From assembly GCF_009914755.1 (NCBI RefSeq), contig NC_060936.1: a stretch of 64,000 nucleotides of DNA; one strand, written 5' to 3'. The position numbers were made by a program, and so were the translations under genes. Positions 1 through 12,167 of the stretch are shown one piece after another. The notes beneath the pieces are model-generated. The model saw only the letters and a list, made by a program, of their open reading frames with translations, was not told the DNA's origin and did not search any database. Positions within the stretch are counted from its first letter, which is position 1; each line of letters opens with the position of its first letter. The DNA comes from the human T2T-CHM13v2.0 reference genome, Homo sapiens.

Positions 1-601
1 ATTCTGTTGATTACACTTCTATTTTTAATCTTGTAGGACTGTATTTATTTTTTATTTTTGTGTTTGAATATGTGTGTGTGTATGTGTGTTGTTTTGGGAA
101 ACAATTATAAAAGATTTGTGAATTATTTGGATGTATGCTATTCCAAATACTCCTGTTTCCCTTCTTTTTTTTTTTTTAAGTTCTTCCCTTGAATTGGCAA
201 TCATAATTTACAGAGATTTGTTACTATACATTGAATACTTATAGGTTACCTGTTATTATTTTAAAAGCATGCTAATATAACATTTTACATATGCCTTTAT
301 TTTTAAAATATGGTTAAATTGCTTTTAATCTTAGGCTTTAATTGATTTTTTTCCCATGGATTTTTCAGAGGGGAAGGTTATTCTCTGTACCTAATGTATA
401 GGCTCAATTTCTGGTGTCATTCAGAGAAAAATAACTGATACAAGATCTTTATATAATTGGTTTTGGTGTGGGTATGGATGGGGGAGTCATTTAAAAAGTA
501 GGAACAATAGAAGTACCTTTCTGGTTTTGTCAAGCATACCATAAAACAACAGTTAATACTTTCAAAACAATTTTCTTCTTTCTAAAAAACAATTTCACAC
601 A

Positions 602-795
602 AAAGATGAGTTGATAGAAGAATTGTAGATAGATGTGTGGTAAACAAATACAATGTTATGTAATTACAAAACCTAAATGATGAGTATAGATGTTAACCAT
701 ACAATTAATTCAACTTTTAACTAGAAACTTTTCATAATAAAATGCTGGAAACTGCTCCCATCCCCACCCCACCCCACCCCCAAAAAAAGAAAAAG
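602..795 (+). mobile_element. Old L1M (L1ME/MC-type) 3'-end fragment with A-rich tail, between 15-bp direct repeats
   Basis: ...ttcaactttt...ttttcataataaaatgctggaa resembles an L1ME 3' end; AAACAATTTCACACA at 587-601 and 796-810. Confidence 0.55.
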
Positions 796-1440
796 AAACA
801 ATTTCACACAGAGAAAGTCCAAGAAACTCTCCAATTGCTTTTTTCTCTTTTCTTTTTTTTTTTAAGCTTTGAGTAAATGCTTTCATCAATCATATGTGTT
901 CATGGAATGCAGTTGTAATTTCTACATAAAATGAAGTTAATTGTCTTTAAATAGTTGTTAGCCACATTTCCAGATGAAATGCCCAATACTTCCTGAGAAA
1001 AGTTATCAGTTAACTGACGTCATCTAGCTTGCAGTCTGCGTCATTAAGTTTGACAGAGGTATGAAAATGAAACATAGATGTATGCTAGAGCCCCGGTTGT
1101 GGACAAGCTATGTCATTCATGACTCATTTTAAACAATACAACTTTAGATGTTTTATAAAGCCAAATTGTAGTTAGAATTTATAGTTAGCATGTTAAAAGC
1201 TATGGTGTGCACTATTTCTATGAATGTACATTAATATCTTTAATCCCTTCTCCATAAGAGATTGTGACCTTTGGGTTGATTCCATTTTTTGTGCTGCTTT
1301 TAAAAAGAAAACTGAAAAGTTGAGTCGTTTATTATTGGTTCCTGTGTGAAATGCAGACCTAGACAAATTGTTGAAATTTATTTGTAATCTATTGTCTAGC
1401 AAATTATGTGAATTTTAACAGAAAGCGTAATTCCTTCATT

Positions 1441-2615
1441 AAAAATATCTGAACTCAATAAGAAAACAGACAACCCAATTAAAATATGAGCAAATGATTT
1501 GAACAGACACTTTGTCAAAGAAAACACACAGATGGCAAATGAACATGCAAAAAAAATGCTTAACACGTTTGTCTGTAGGGAATTGCAAATTAAATAACAG
1601 TGAGATACTACTACACACCCATTAAAATGGCTAAAATTCAAAAAACTGGCCATACCAACTGCTGGCAAGATTGTGAATCAACAGGAGCTCTTATTCATTG
1701 TGGTTGGAATGCAAAATTGGAAGACATTTTGGCAGTCTCTTACTGAAGTTAAACATAGTCTTACCATATGATTCTGCAGTCATGCTCCTAGGTATTTCCC
1801 CAAATCAGTTGAAAACATGTCCACACAAAAACCAGCACTTGAATGTCTATAGCAGCTTTATTCATAGTTGCCAAAACTGGAAGCAACCAAGATGTTTTTC
1901 AGTGGGTGAATGAATAAATAAACTGTGGTATATCCAAATAATGGAATATTATTCAGCAGTAAGAAGAAATGGGCTGTCAAGCTACAAAAATGACATAAAT
2001 GGGTCTTAAATGCATATTGCTAAGTGAAAGAAGGCAATGTAAAAAGTCTACTTACTGTATTATTCCCATACACGTTCTGGAAATGGCAAAACTATAGAGT
2101 GGAAAGACCAGGGGTTTAGGGGGTGAGAGGAAGGGTTGAATAGGTGAAGCGCAGGAGAGTTTATGGTGGTGAAACTATTCCGTATGACACTGTAATTATG
2201 TTCATGCGACACTGTCTGTCAAAACCCATTGAAGTTTACAACACAAAAAGTAAAACCCGACCGTATGCAAAAAATCCTTGGGGATGTCAAAGGAGATCCC
2301 AAGGTAGAATGCAGACTATGACAAAGGAGCCTATTACAAATGTATGACACAACCTCACTGAACGGCATGGGGCAAAAAAGGTGCTCACCTAATTAACTTT
2401 GGAAGTGTATGGAGTCTGTAAGACGAAAGACAAACAAAACTACATACTTTATTTCAGTAAGGTCATCAAAAACAAGAAAGTCTGGGGAACTATCATAGCC
2501 AAGAGAAGCCTAAGGAGACATGATGACTAAATGTAATGTGATATCCTACAACAGAAAAAGCACTGGGTGAAACCTAAGGGAATCTGAAGAAACAATTGAC
2601 TTTAGTTAATTTTTA
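1441..2615 (+). mobile_element. L1MC/L1MD-type LINE fragment (ORF2 end + 3'UTR)
   Basis: Degenerate L1 motifs (aacccaattaaaa...gaacagacac, ctggaagcaaccaagatgt, atggaatattattcagc); ORF 1698..1913 is an L1 ORF2 C-terminal remnant. Confidence 0.8.
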
Positions 2616-2623
2616 AAAATATT

Positions 2624-2753
2624 GCCAGGCATGGTGACATGTGCCTGTAGTCCCAGCTACTCAGGAGGCTGAGGTTAGAAGGATTGCTTGAGCCTAGGAA
2701 TTTGAGACCAGCCTGACAGCCTGAGCAACATAACGAGACCCCCGTCTCTAAAA
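2624..2753 (+). mobile_element. FLAM Alu monomer followed by (TA/TG)n
   Basis: gccaggcatggtg...tttgagaccagcctg...gagacccccgtctctaaaa. Confidence 0.8.
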
Positions 2754-3893
2754 TATATATGTGTGTGTATGTATATATATGTATATTTATGAATATGTAT
2801 ATTTGTATACATACTTATATATATTTATACACACGCACCCACAGTCCAGCTTTCTTTGAGATTATCAAAGAAAGATCCTCAAACAAAGCTACATTTTTTT
2901 AATCCTTTGGAGTTACAGATGGGTTGGATTTAGGAATATTTATGTTCATTTCCTAGTGTCTGTAATTTCTGTTTTATGCTTCAAATAATTTTGTGCTTTG
3001 TAAAAATCTTGGTACAGTTTCCCTTTGCAAATGTAAGCAGAGCCTAATTTAATGATTTGTTCGTTCTCAGCTTTGGGAATTACAGAGTGCACTCACACAT
3101 GCGGACGCCTCACACTCACCATCCCTTTTTGCAATGTATACTCAATGATTATTGATTGAAATAGCAACTTAGTCATAACCAGCCTCTTCCTATGAAGATT
3201 TTGAAATGGCCTATAATAAAAAGGCAATCAATTAATAATATATAAATAAGAGGAAGTGGAAAGTCAGTACCGGAGAAAATATGTGTTTGAGTCAGACCCA
3301 CAGGGATGTGTAAATGATTTTTGAAATGTCAGCACATCAGGTTTTCTTTTAGCTACTCTTTAATTCTGGAATGACAAGCTCAAATGCCTTTGAGAGCTGG
3401 GCAGATGCTGTAAATATGTGCAGTTGGTGAAGTGTAATATAGTAGGAGGTGGTGGAGTCTCTGCTTACCCTGCCAAAGACATTCACTCGATTGAACACCA
3501 CACTTCGGGGGGTAGCTGCCAGTTTGCTTTAATTTTGGCCTAAATTTTTGCAGTGAATCAGCTCATATAATCCAAGGGATATTATTATGTAAGCATTTGA
3601 TTGTTTTATGGAGAAGGAAGAAACAATAGATGTGAGTGAAATTTTGTCTTTTTTTTTTTTTTTTTCATTGTTGTGTGACATCAAACCTGATACCCTCCAG
3701 ATAGCTTTGCAGTTAGGCAGGCCTAGCCTAATTTTGATCCCTGTATCCAAAATGTTGCTGAGTGCCTCCCGCTACAACCCGTGGCTCCTAAGTGGAAATG
3801 TGTGCTCTGCTGTTGTCTCTAGGGTTGCCAAGACATTAACACACTCTCTACCTCTGTTATTCAAGCATACATGGGTAATGAAAACAATATCAT

Positions 3894-3912
3894 AATTGCC
3901 ACCTGGTGGACA
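3894..3912 (-). promoter_or_regulatory. Candidate CTCF site
   Basis: Minus strand TGTCCACCAGGTGGCAATT closely matches the CTCF core CCACCAG(G/A)(G/T)GGC(A/G); in non-repeat sequence. Confidence 0.6.
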
Positions 3913-5499
3913 GTGATCATAAAATCCATCAGATATGAAAGAAGCCTCTTAATTTCAGCTGTTTCTTAATTTCAGCTGTTAAAATGTTTTTGTTTTTTTA
4001 AAAAGTATTAGAGTAAAATAAGTAGGGTACTCTAGGAATGTTTATATAGTTGTTTTCGTTGTGAGATCATATACCAATACTTTAGAACACCAGTAACTTA
4101 TCTGGGAAATCTGGGACTTTCAATCCACAGCCATACTTGTTTGTTTTGTTATATTTAAATTATTCACTTTTTCTTTGTACAGGTTTAATTTGGTTTTTCC
4201 CAAAGCATGGTATACATATCACCGATAGTATATAAAATGATTTTTAGGTATGTTGTGAGCTGAGATAAACAAATTTGGGCATTTGTAATAGGTATAAAAA
4301 TGGTCATTTAAACTGTTCCTATAAGAATAGAGTCCCTCTCTGTTCTTTTTAGGCATTCCAGCAAGTATCTTACATCAGAGATTAACTCAAAACATAATAT
4401 TCTGGCAGAGGGATCAGCTCAGTTAATGGGGTCAAGCAGCAGAATCCTTCACTGTGAGGGAGGAAGAGCCAAGTAAAATTCTTTGCTGGACCGCTACTCC
4501 AAAGTTGTTTGGCTTCCAGGATAGCCAGGGATCTTGTTTCTTATTTATGTAAAGACTAGAGAACCAGCCACATACTTTGAATATCACTCATCTCACTGTG
4601 AAAAAATATTTCCAACATCCCTTATGCTAATTAATGAACCTTCTGATACAGAATTAGTTAGTGATACTTGTAGTGCCTGTGTGATTGTTGTCTAGGTTTC
4701 CTTGAATGTGAATCATTAATAGGATATTTAATAGATTAACTGTCTTCCTCCACTGTTTATACTAAAGTGTTTTAAAGTTAATTACAGTGTAACAAGGTAG
4801 TATGTGGATGAAATTTTCTCATTTTAATATTGTGTGTTAGAAAACTATAGCTATTTTTTGAATAAAAATCTGCAATTTTGCGGATACTGCTTAGGATGAG
4901 ACTAGGTTGCTTTTTTAATAAAGTAACTCTCAAGTATGGTTAATAGTACATGTGGCACTCAAGTTCAATGAGATCCAGGAATGATGAAGTTTGGAAGTCT
5001 GGTTTAATTGAATGACTTTTGTTTTTGTTTTTGTTTTTTTCCTGGGCAGAATTCTACCATTAACTTCTTTTCCCACTCACTTGCCCATTATCAGTGGGTT
5101 TTGCTCTTACATGGTATAAACCAGTTTTCTGCATTTCATAGTAAAACATTATCCCAAGGAACACCTACCTTCTTTACAACCAAATAGGGCCATATGAAAA
5201 ATTTTTTTAAAAATTGTTGCATAAAATAAGTTTAAATGGCCTTCAGTTTTGGAGAGTTTAATGAAATATTTCTAAATAAATATGACTAACTTACAGAATT
5301 TTAGACAATTTGCTTCAGTGACTATCTCTGCTTAAAGCATTTTCAATGACCATCATTCAGTGTTCTAATGAAATAAAAATTACATTTCATTACATAATGA
5401 TAGTGATATTTCAAAAGTATATGGCTTTAAATATATAGATACAGTATACACGTTCTAAAAGCAATGTTTTTGACATTTACTTGGAAAAAATTAGTGTTT

Positions 5500-5650
5500 T
5501 AGCCAGGCATGATGGTGTGCACCTTTAGTCTCAGCTGACAGGAGGCTGGAGTGGGAGGATTACTTGAGGCCAGGAGGTCAAGGCTATAGTGTGCTATTGT
5601 GACTGTGAATCCAGCCTGGGCAACATAGCAAGACCTCATCGCCATAAAAA
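5500..5650 (+). mobile_element. FAM-like Alu monomer
   Basis: agccaggcatg...aggctatagtgtgctat...gtgaatccagcctgggcaac. Confidence 0.75.
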
Positions 5651-6650
5651 GGGGAGAAAAGAATCTGTTAAAATTGGGGTTATCTCTTCTGTTAGCCACA
5701 ACGGGATGGCAGTTTTAAGACAATGAAGGACAGATACCAGTGGAAAGGGTTTTTGCAATCCCTTGATTCCATACAGTAGGAAGTGCCCATCAGTACTTGT
5801 CCTTTTACAGCTACTTTCAGTCCGCTTTCCCAAAGGTGAGAGTCTCAATATTTCACGGCCACAAAACTGCTCCTTTTTACTCCATCTTTGGGGAGAGATG
5901 ATAAACCATTGCCTACTGCGTGTGTCAGAGCATGTAGCCCTTTTCATAACGTTCCTCAGAGCAGAAATTGTGGACCAGTGCAGAATTTGCTTACTACATC
6001 TAAAACATCTGAGGGTAGGATTTTAATTTTCTGTCTCTTTTTTAATTGAAAATTTGCAAACAAGTAAAATTCTAGAAAATATGGGGTTTTAGTTTTAGCA
6101 TTTGTGGAGTTTTAGTACAGAATTTGCAGTTCTTGCTTATTATTTTCCCTCGTTACATTATGCTGTATGGTCTGCCTTCTAGAGAGGACCACTCTGATCC
6201 TTGTAGAAGAACAAGACAGTAGGAAACAATCTGTTAAACCCATTTTTCTCATGAGAAGCAACAAAAGCATTATAAGGTGATGTTAGAGGGTCCCAAACTA
6301 CCAAAAAGTTTCCTCAAGGATCTTCATAACTGTAAATTATTAGGATCTCCTTCATTTGTGGTTTAGATCAGAATGCTTTTTAACCTGTTTGTCTTCTGAA
6401 CAAGTTGGATGTGCAGTTTGGCAATTCCATTTGCAGTGTGGGGATTAATCTGAATGTAGACTCACATTTTAAGTCTTCTTAGAGGGCTGGAAGTAATGAA
6501 GATCATCCCAGGATATATTCAGTTGGGAAAAAATTGTAGAAAATTGTGCGATTAAAGCAAGTCAAAATCCTACTAACTAGAACTGATTAAATTCCAATGC
6601 ACATCTTCCTTCAGATCTTTACATATTTCATATTAATGCTACGTTAGTTA

Positions 6651-7200
6651 TTTTTCAATTGTGGTAAAATTCATATCGTGTAAAAGTAACCGTTTTAAAA
6701 TGTACAGTACATTGGTATTTAATACATTCATTCACAATGGAATGCAACCATCACCTCTATCCAGTTCCAAAGATTAATCTGCTTTCTGTCTCTATGGATT
6801 TACTATTTGGGGCATTTCTTATAAATGAAATTCTACAATATGTGATCTTTTGTGTCTAGCTTTTTTCACTTAGCATAATGGTTTTGTGATTCATGTTGTA
6901 GCATGTATCAGTACATCATTCCTTTTTATGGCTGAATAATATTCCATCATTTGTAAATGCTACGTTTTGTTTTTCCATTCATTTGTTGATTGGACATGTG
7001 GGTTCTTTCCACCTTTTGGCTATTATGAATAGTATTGCTGTGAACATGTATGTACAAGTATTTGTTTGAATACCTGTTTTTAATTATTTGGGTATATATA
7101 CCTGGGAGTTGAATTGCTAGGTCATATGGCAATTTTGTGTCCAACTTTTTGAGCTAAACTGTTTTCCATAGCACCTGCACCATTTACATTCCTGTCAACA
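6651..7200 (-). mobile_element. L1MB-type LINE 3' fragment
   Basis: gctttctgtctctatggattt, ttcctttttatggctgaataatattccat, ttgctaggtcatatgg are antisense L1 3' motifs. Confidence 0.8.
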
Positions 7201-8069
7201 CTAAATATTTATGCTGAGATCCTGAACTGACTCTTGGACTTCCAAATTAAATTGTGAACAATCTGGAATTTTTTGTTATAGTTAGGTAACACTAGCATAT
7301 ATTGTTATGAAATTTTTCAAAGAAAAGCTGTGAAACTGGTCCATTTTTAAAGTTTGTGTTTGGATAGTCGTAATTTTTTATGTCTGATCTTCAGTCATCT
7401 GAACGTACTTTTTAAGAACAGTGTTTAAGAACTGAATGTGCTCTGTTATTTAAATTATTATGCCTTATTCCTTTCTTGTTTTGTCTTTTATATCTAATAT
7501 GTAGGTAACATTTTTGAAATATTTAGCCAATTTAGGAATCAAAGAGTTATACAGATTATTTAGAATTGGAGAATCTTTCTGGATAGCAATTTTTAAGTTT
7601 TTTTTTTACTTGATTGACAGTAATTTTACTGTATAAGGAAGTCGGTTATATCCTTCCAGTTCCCAGTTCCATACCTCTTTTGTGATGTTTTCTATTATGC
7701 AGAACTTAAAGTTTTGGCAGCTTAATCTTTTGTTGCTCATTGTTAATGTTTTCAGTTTCTTAATACACAGAACTGGCTTTTTCATTTTAAATTACATTTC
7801 CATTGATTAAATGTACTTTTTTGGGGGTCACAGAATGTGATAGACCATTCTTGGTGCCTACCAAATTGCTATCCACTCTTCCTTCCAACTTTCTTCCTAT
7901 TGGAAAGAATCCCAATTTTGTTCTAGTGATTTCTTTTTTTTTTTTTTTTTCCCTCATGTCCTCTGGGAAGGTAAGCTTCCTCAGCCCCAGGGGCTAAATA
8001 ATAGTTATTCTTGTAGAGTTAATCCTGTTCCCCATGCCAGTAATTGGTTTAAGCTGAAGAGCTTCTGTG

Positions 8070-8440
8070 AGTAGTTTAAACACAGAGTAGTTTATTCTTT
8101 CAAGTAAAGCAGTCCCAGAGATAAGTATTCCAGGGTTGGAATCAGAGTTCCTTCCATTTTCCTGCTTTACTGTCCTAGAATGTGAGTGATTTTCTCAAGA
8201 TTAATTCATGCTCTGAAATGGCTCTCATTATGTCCAGAAGGTATAAAAATCAGAAGGGCAAATGAATTAATTTCCTAAGGTCCCCCACCTCATTGGCTGT
8301 GCCTAATTAACATGCCTGTACCTAGTTGCAAGGGAAGCCAGGAAATGTAGTACTTTTGCAGGGTGCATTCCTTCCCTGAATAAAGTTGAGCAAGAAAAAA
8401 AGAATGGGCAGTGGATAGCAATGACCGATCTCTGCCACAG
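8070..8440. mobile_element. MaLR (MLT1-type) LTR remnant
   Basis: cattggc...acatgcc...cctagttgcaagggaagccaggaaatgtagt and terminal tctctgccaca. Confidence 0.55.
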
Positions 8441-9129
8441 CAGCAGTTGTTGAAGGTTAACCAGGTTTAGAGTTCAGTAGCAGCTGTTTTGCAAAAACCT
8501 TTATAAGAGAACGTTTCATTCAAAATCTAAACAGTAATATAAGCTAAGTCAAACTTGTTTTGTGATGTGAACTTAAGTTCATATCACATCTCATTTTCTT
8601 TCATATTCATTTCTGTAGTCATTCACTGCATCACCTCTGGACAATGGGAGCCCGCTAAGATCCCAGCTTAGTGCTTTTAATTGTTGTGGTGGGTCCTTAG
8701 TATAAGCCCTGCATCACAGTAAGTGAAACTACTTCATGGGAAAATCAGCTTTCTCAAGGGCATTTGTGATAAATCCAAATCCTTGCCAATCCTCCATGTG
8801 ACTTATGGTCCTCTGCTGATAAATCTCCTTTGATTATAACCCTTGTCTCTTTAGTAGCTGTTTGTGGCCTACTATGTTACACCAGGTCCCTTTGTCTAAT
8901 ACTCACAACCTTTCAGTCCTGCTCTTCATATACCTTACTAAGCCATTGCATTATACAACTAAGCCAAACTAACCATTTCATTTTTACCCCAATATATTTG
9001 CATCATGACTTCCTGTTTTCTACTCTCCAGATCCTACCTATCCTTTATAGGATTCAAACTCAAAGCCTATTTATATTTTTCTGTTTTTTTCTGACCTACA
9101 TGTCTTTTAGAACAATAGCTATTGCAAAA

Positions 9130-9320
9130 TGAGCTCTAATTATATGTCAGACACTATTGTTGTAAGTCTTTTAATGTTTTCATTTGTTTCATCGTAACAA
9201 TTATATGAGGAAGATGTTATTAGACCCATTCTAGAGATGAAGGAAGAACTGAGGCACAGAGACGTACAATAGTTTTCCTCAGACCTGATCCAGAATTCTG
9301 ATCTAGGCAGCCAAAGTCCA
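9130..9320 (-). mobile_element. MIR
   Basis: cccattctagagatga...aactgaggcacagaga core, antisense. Confidence 0.7.
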
Positions 9321-9910
9321 TTTGTGCAGTAGCATATCTAATATTCTCACTTGTATTTTACTTCTGTACTTATCTATTCCACTTACCCACCCACACCTAG
9401 ACATTCTCTTTTTTTCTTTTTAATTTTTTAATTCTCCTACAGGATCTAGAAAAAATGCTTATTTTATGGAAAAAGCATTACACTCTAAATATTTGCTAAA
9501 CAAATGAAAAATCTATTAGCCAAGTAATCAAATCTCAAACCATTTATGTGATTTTTTTAACACTAGACAGCAGTATGTGTAACATTTTCAATAGATTTCC
9601 AAAATAAGGATAAGTGGTTTCATTTAAAAGGGAAGAAAAAACTTGTTGACAAAGGAATTTATACAAATGAAGTGTAAAAACAGACAAAGAAATCTGCCCT
9701 CCAGTATCAGAAATATGAATGTAGAAGTGTGGCAAGTTAAAACTTGTTTTTGTTTTTTAAGTCACTCATAGCAGAGAAATGTTTAGTTTGTTTTTTGTTT
9801 GGTTTTAAGGGAAAATAGCCATACCCCAGTAAAACTTGATGTTGGCAGGCAGATGGTCTTGGTTAGAGTTGTTGACATGAGACCACATGACTGTGTCTGT
9901 TATGCAATAT

Positions 9911-11555
9911 TGTGTCCGGAATTGGTGGGTTCTTGGTGTCACTGACTTCAAGAATGAAGCCGCGGACCCTTGCGGTGAGTGTTACAGTTCTTAAAGGTGG
10001 CGTGTCCAGAGTTTGTTCCTTCTGATGTTCAGATGTGTTCGGAGTTTCTTCCTTCTGGTGGGCTCCTGGTCTCACTGGCTTCAGGAGTGAAGCTGCAGAC
10101 CTTCGCGGTGAGTGTTACAGCTCTTAAGGTGGCATGTCTGGAGTTGTTTGTTCCTCCTGTCTAGAGTTGTTCATTCCTCCCGGTGGGTTTGTGGTCTCGC
10201 TGGCCTCAGGAGTGAAGCTACAGACCTTCGCAGTGAGTGTTACAGCTCATAGAGGCAGTGCGGACCCAAAGAGTAAGCAGCAGCAAGATATATCGCAAAG
10301 AGCGAAAGAACAAAGCTTCCACAGTGTGGAAGAAGACCCAAGCAGGTTGCCACTGCTGGCTTGGGCAGCCAGCTTTTATTCCCTTATCTGGCCCCACCCA
10401 CATCCTGCTGATTGATCCATTTTACAGAGAGCTGATTGATCTGTTTTACAGAGAGCTGATTGGTCCGTTTTGACAGGGTGCTGATTGGTGCATTTACAAT
10501 CCCTGAGCTAGACACAAAAGTTCTCTAAGTCCCTACAGGGCACTGATTGGTGCATTTACAAACCTTGAGCTAGATACAGGGTGCTGATTGGTGTGTTTAC
10601 AAACCTTGAGCTAGATACAGAGTGCTGATTGGTGTATTTACAATCCCTTAGGTAGACATAAAGGTTCTCCAAGTCCGCACCAGATTAGCTAGATACAGAG
10701 TGCTGGTTGGTGTATTTACAATCCCTTAGCTAGACACAGAGTGCTGATTGGTGTATTTATAATCCTTTAGGTAGACATAAGGGTTCTCCAGGTCCCCACC
10801 AGATTAGCTAAGATACAGAGTGCTGATTGGTACATTTACAAACCTTAAGCTAGACACAGTGCTGATTGGTGTATTTACAATCCCTTAGGTAGACATAGAG
10901 GTTCTCCAAGTCCCCACTAGACTCAGGAGCCCAGCTGGCTTCACCTAGTGGATCCCGCACTGGGCCGCAGGCGGACCTGCCCACCAGTCCCATGCCGTGC
11001 GCCCGCACTCCTCAGCCCTTGGGTGGTTGATGGGACCGGGCGTCGCAGAGCGGGGGCGGTGCTCGTCGGGGAGGCTTGGGCTGTGCAGGAACCCATGGCG
11101 GAGGGGAGGCTCGGGCATGGCGGGCTGCAGGTCCAGAGCCCTGCCCTGTGGGGAAGCAGCTGAGGCCCGGCGAGAATTTGAGCACGGTGCGGGTAGGCTG
11201 GCAGTGCTGGGGCACCCGGCGCCCCCTCCACAGCTGCTGGCCTGGGTGCTAAGCCCCTCACTGCCTGGGGCCAGCAATGCCGGCCGGCCACTCTGAGTGC
11301 GGCCCGCGGAGCCTGTGCCCACCTGAAACTTGCGCTGGCCCACAAGCGCTACGTGCACCCCGGTTCCCACCGGCACCTCTCCCTCCACACCTCCCTGCAA
11401 GCAGAGGGAGCCGGCTCCAGCCTTGGCCAGCCCAGAGAGGGGCTCCCACAGTGCAGTGGCAAGCTGATGGGCTCCTCAGGCACGGCCAGAGTGGGCGCCG
11501 AGGCCAAGGAGGCGCTGAGAGCACGCGAGGGCTGCCACCACACTGTCACCTCTCA
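9911..11555 (-). mobile_element. Full-length solo LTR12C (ERV9 LTR), 1645 bp
   Basis: Minus strand starts TGAGAGGTGACAG and ends AATTCCGGACACA; 4-bp TSD ATAT at 9907-9910 and 11556-11559; GC/CpG-rich U3, tandem CCAAT enhancer repeats, repeated U5 units. Confidence 0.93.
10372..10920 (-). promoter_or_regulatory. LTR12 promoter/enhancer: tandem NF-Y (CCAAT) array plus TATA-like box
   Basis: Eight CTGATTGG (= CCAATCAG on -) between ~10456 and 10870, GTGGGGA motifs on -, and TATA-like GGGAATAAAAGC at 10383-10372 (-). Known ERV9 LTR architecture. Confidence 0.8.
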
Positions 11556-12167
11556 ATATCATGGTGAGTAAAGGACAACTTATGAAGTCAGTTACTTTTT
11601 CAGGACCTTTCATTGAGTTTGTTGCAGAGATAGAATTGTCTTTTAGGTCCTAAGGCTGTGTCTTAATCATGAGTCTCCATAACACAGTCTGTCCTGTACT
11701 GTGGTTTTTTTTAAAACATGGGTATTTTCTTCCTTCCCTACAAAAGGGTAAACAGGAGTTTCTTAATAAGTAAATCAAGCTAACACACAAAGCAACCATT
11801 GTAAGAGTTTCTTTGAGGCCTGTTTTTTTGATGATAATGAAACTGGTAACACTATCATATGTTTAATTCTATTCCTACATCAAAAACATACCATGTATCT
11901 TCCAAGCAGATGGTACAAGTGTAGAATTGACTGTTAGTACTTGAATAATAGATATTGTTAGTAAATCAGACTCTGTAGAAAACGAGTTAGATTTTATTTC
12001 CTTTAGAATGAAAATCATTTTATATACAGTTAGAGTGTAAGTCACAAACTACCATTCACAAGTGTACATTCACATAAATATGTGCAATTTTTGTCCATTT
12101 TAAGAAATGTATATTCATCCAAAAGGTTATACTTAGGACCTAGGTAAGGAAACTACAACTAAATTTG

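Noticed and set aside
1698-1913. ORF with L1 ORF2-like residues (also 6947..7144)
   Set aside because: Decayed LINE remnants, not genes.
10400-10920. Repeat-spacer-like array resembling CRISPR
   Set aside because: Standard LTR12 tandem enhancer repeats without unique spacers; eukaryotic context, no cas genes.
9863-11549. Overlapping ORFs on both strands up to 151 aa
   Set aside because: Inside the GC-rich LTR12C, where stops are rare; no gag/pol/env similarity. Only 11277.. is kept, as a hypothesis, because of its in-frame donor.
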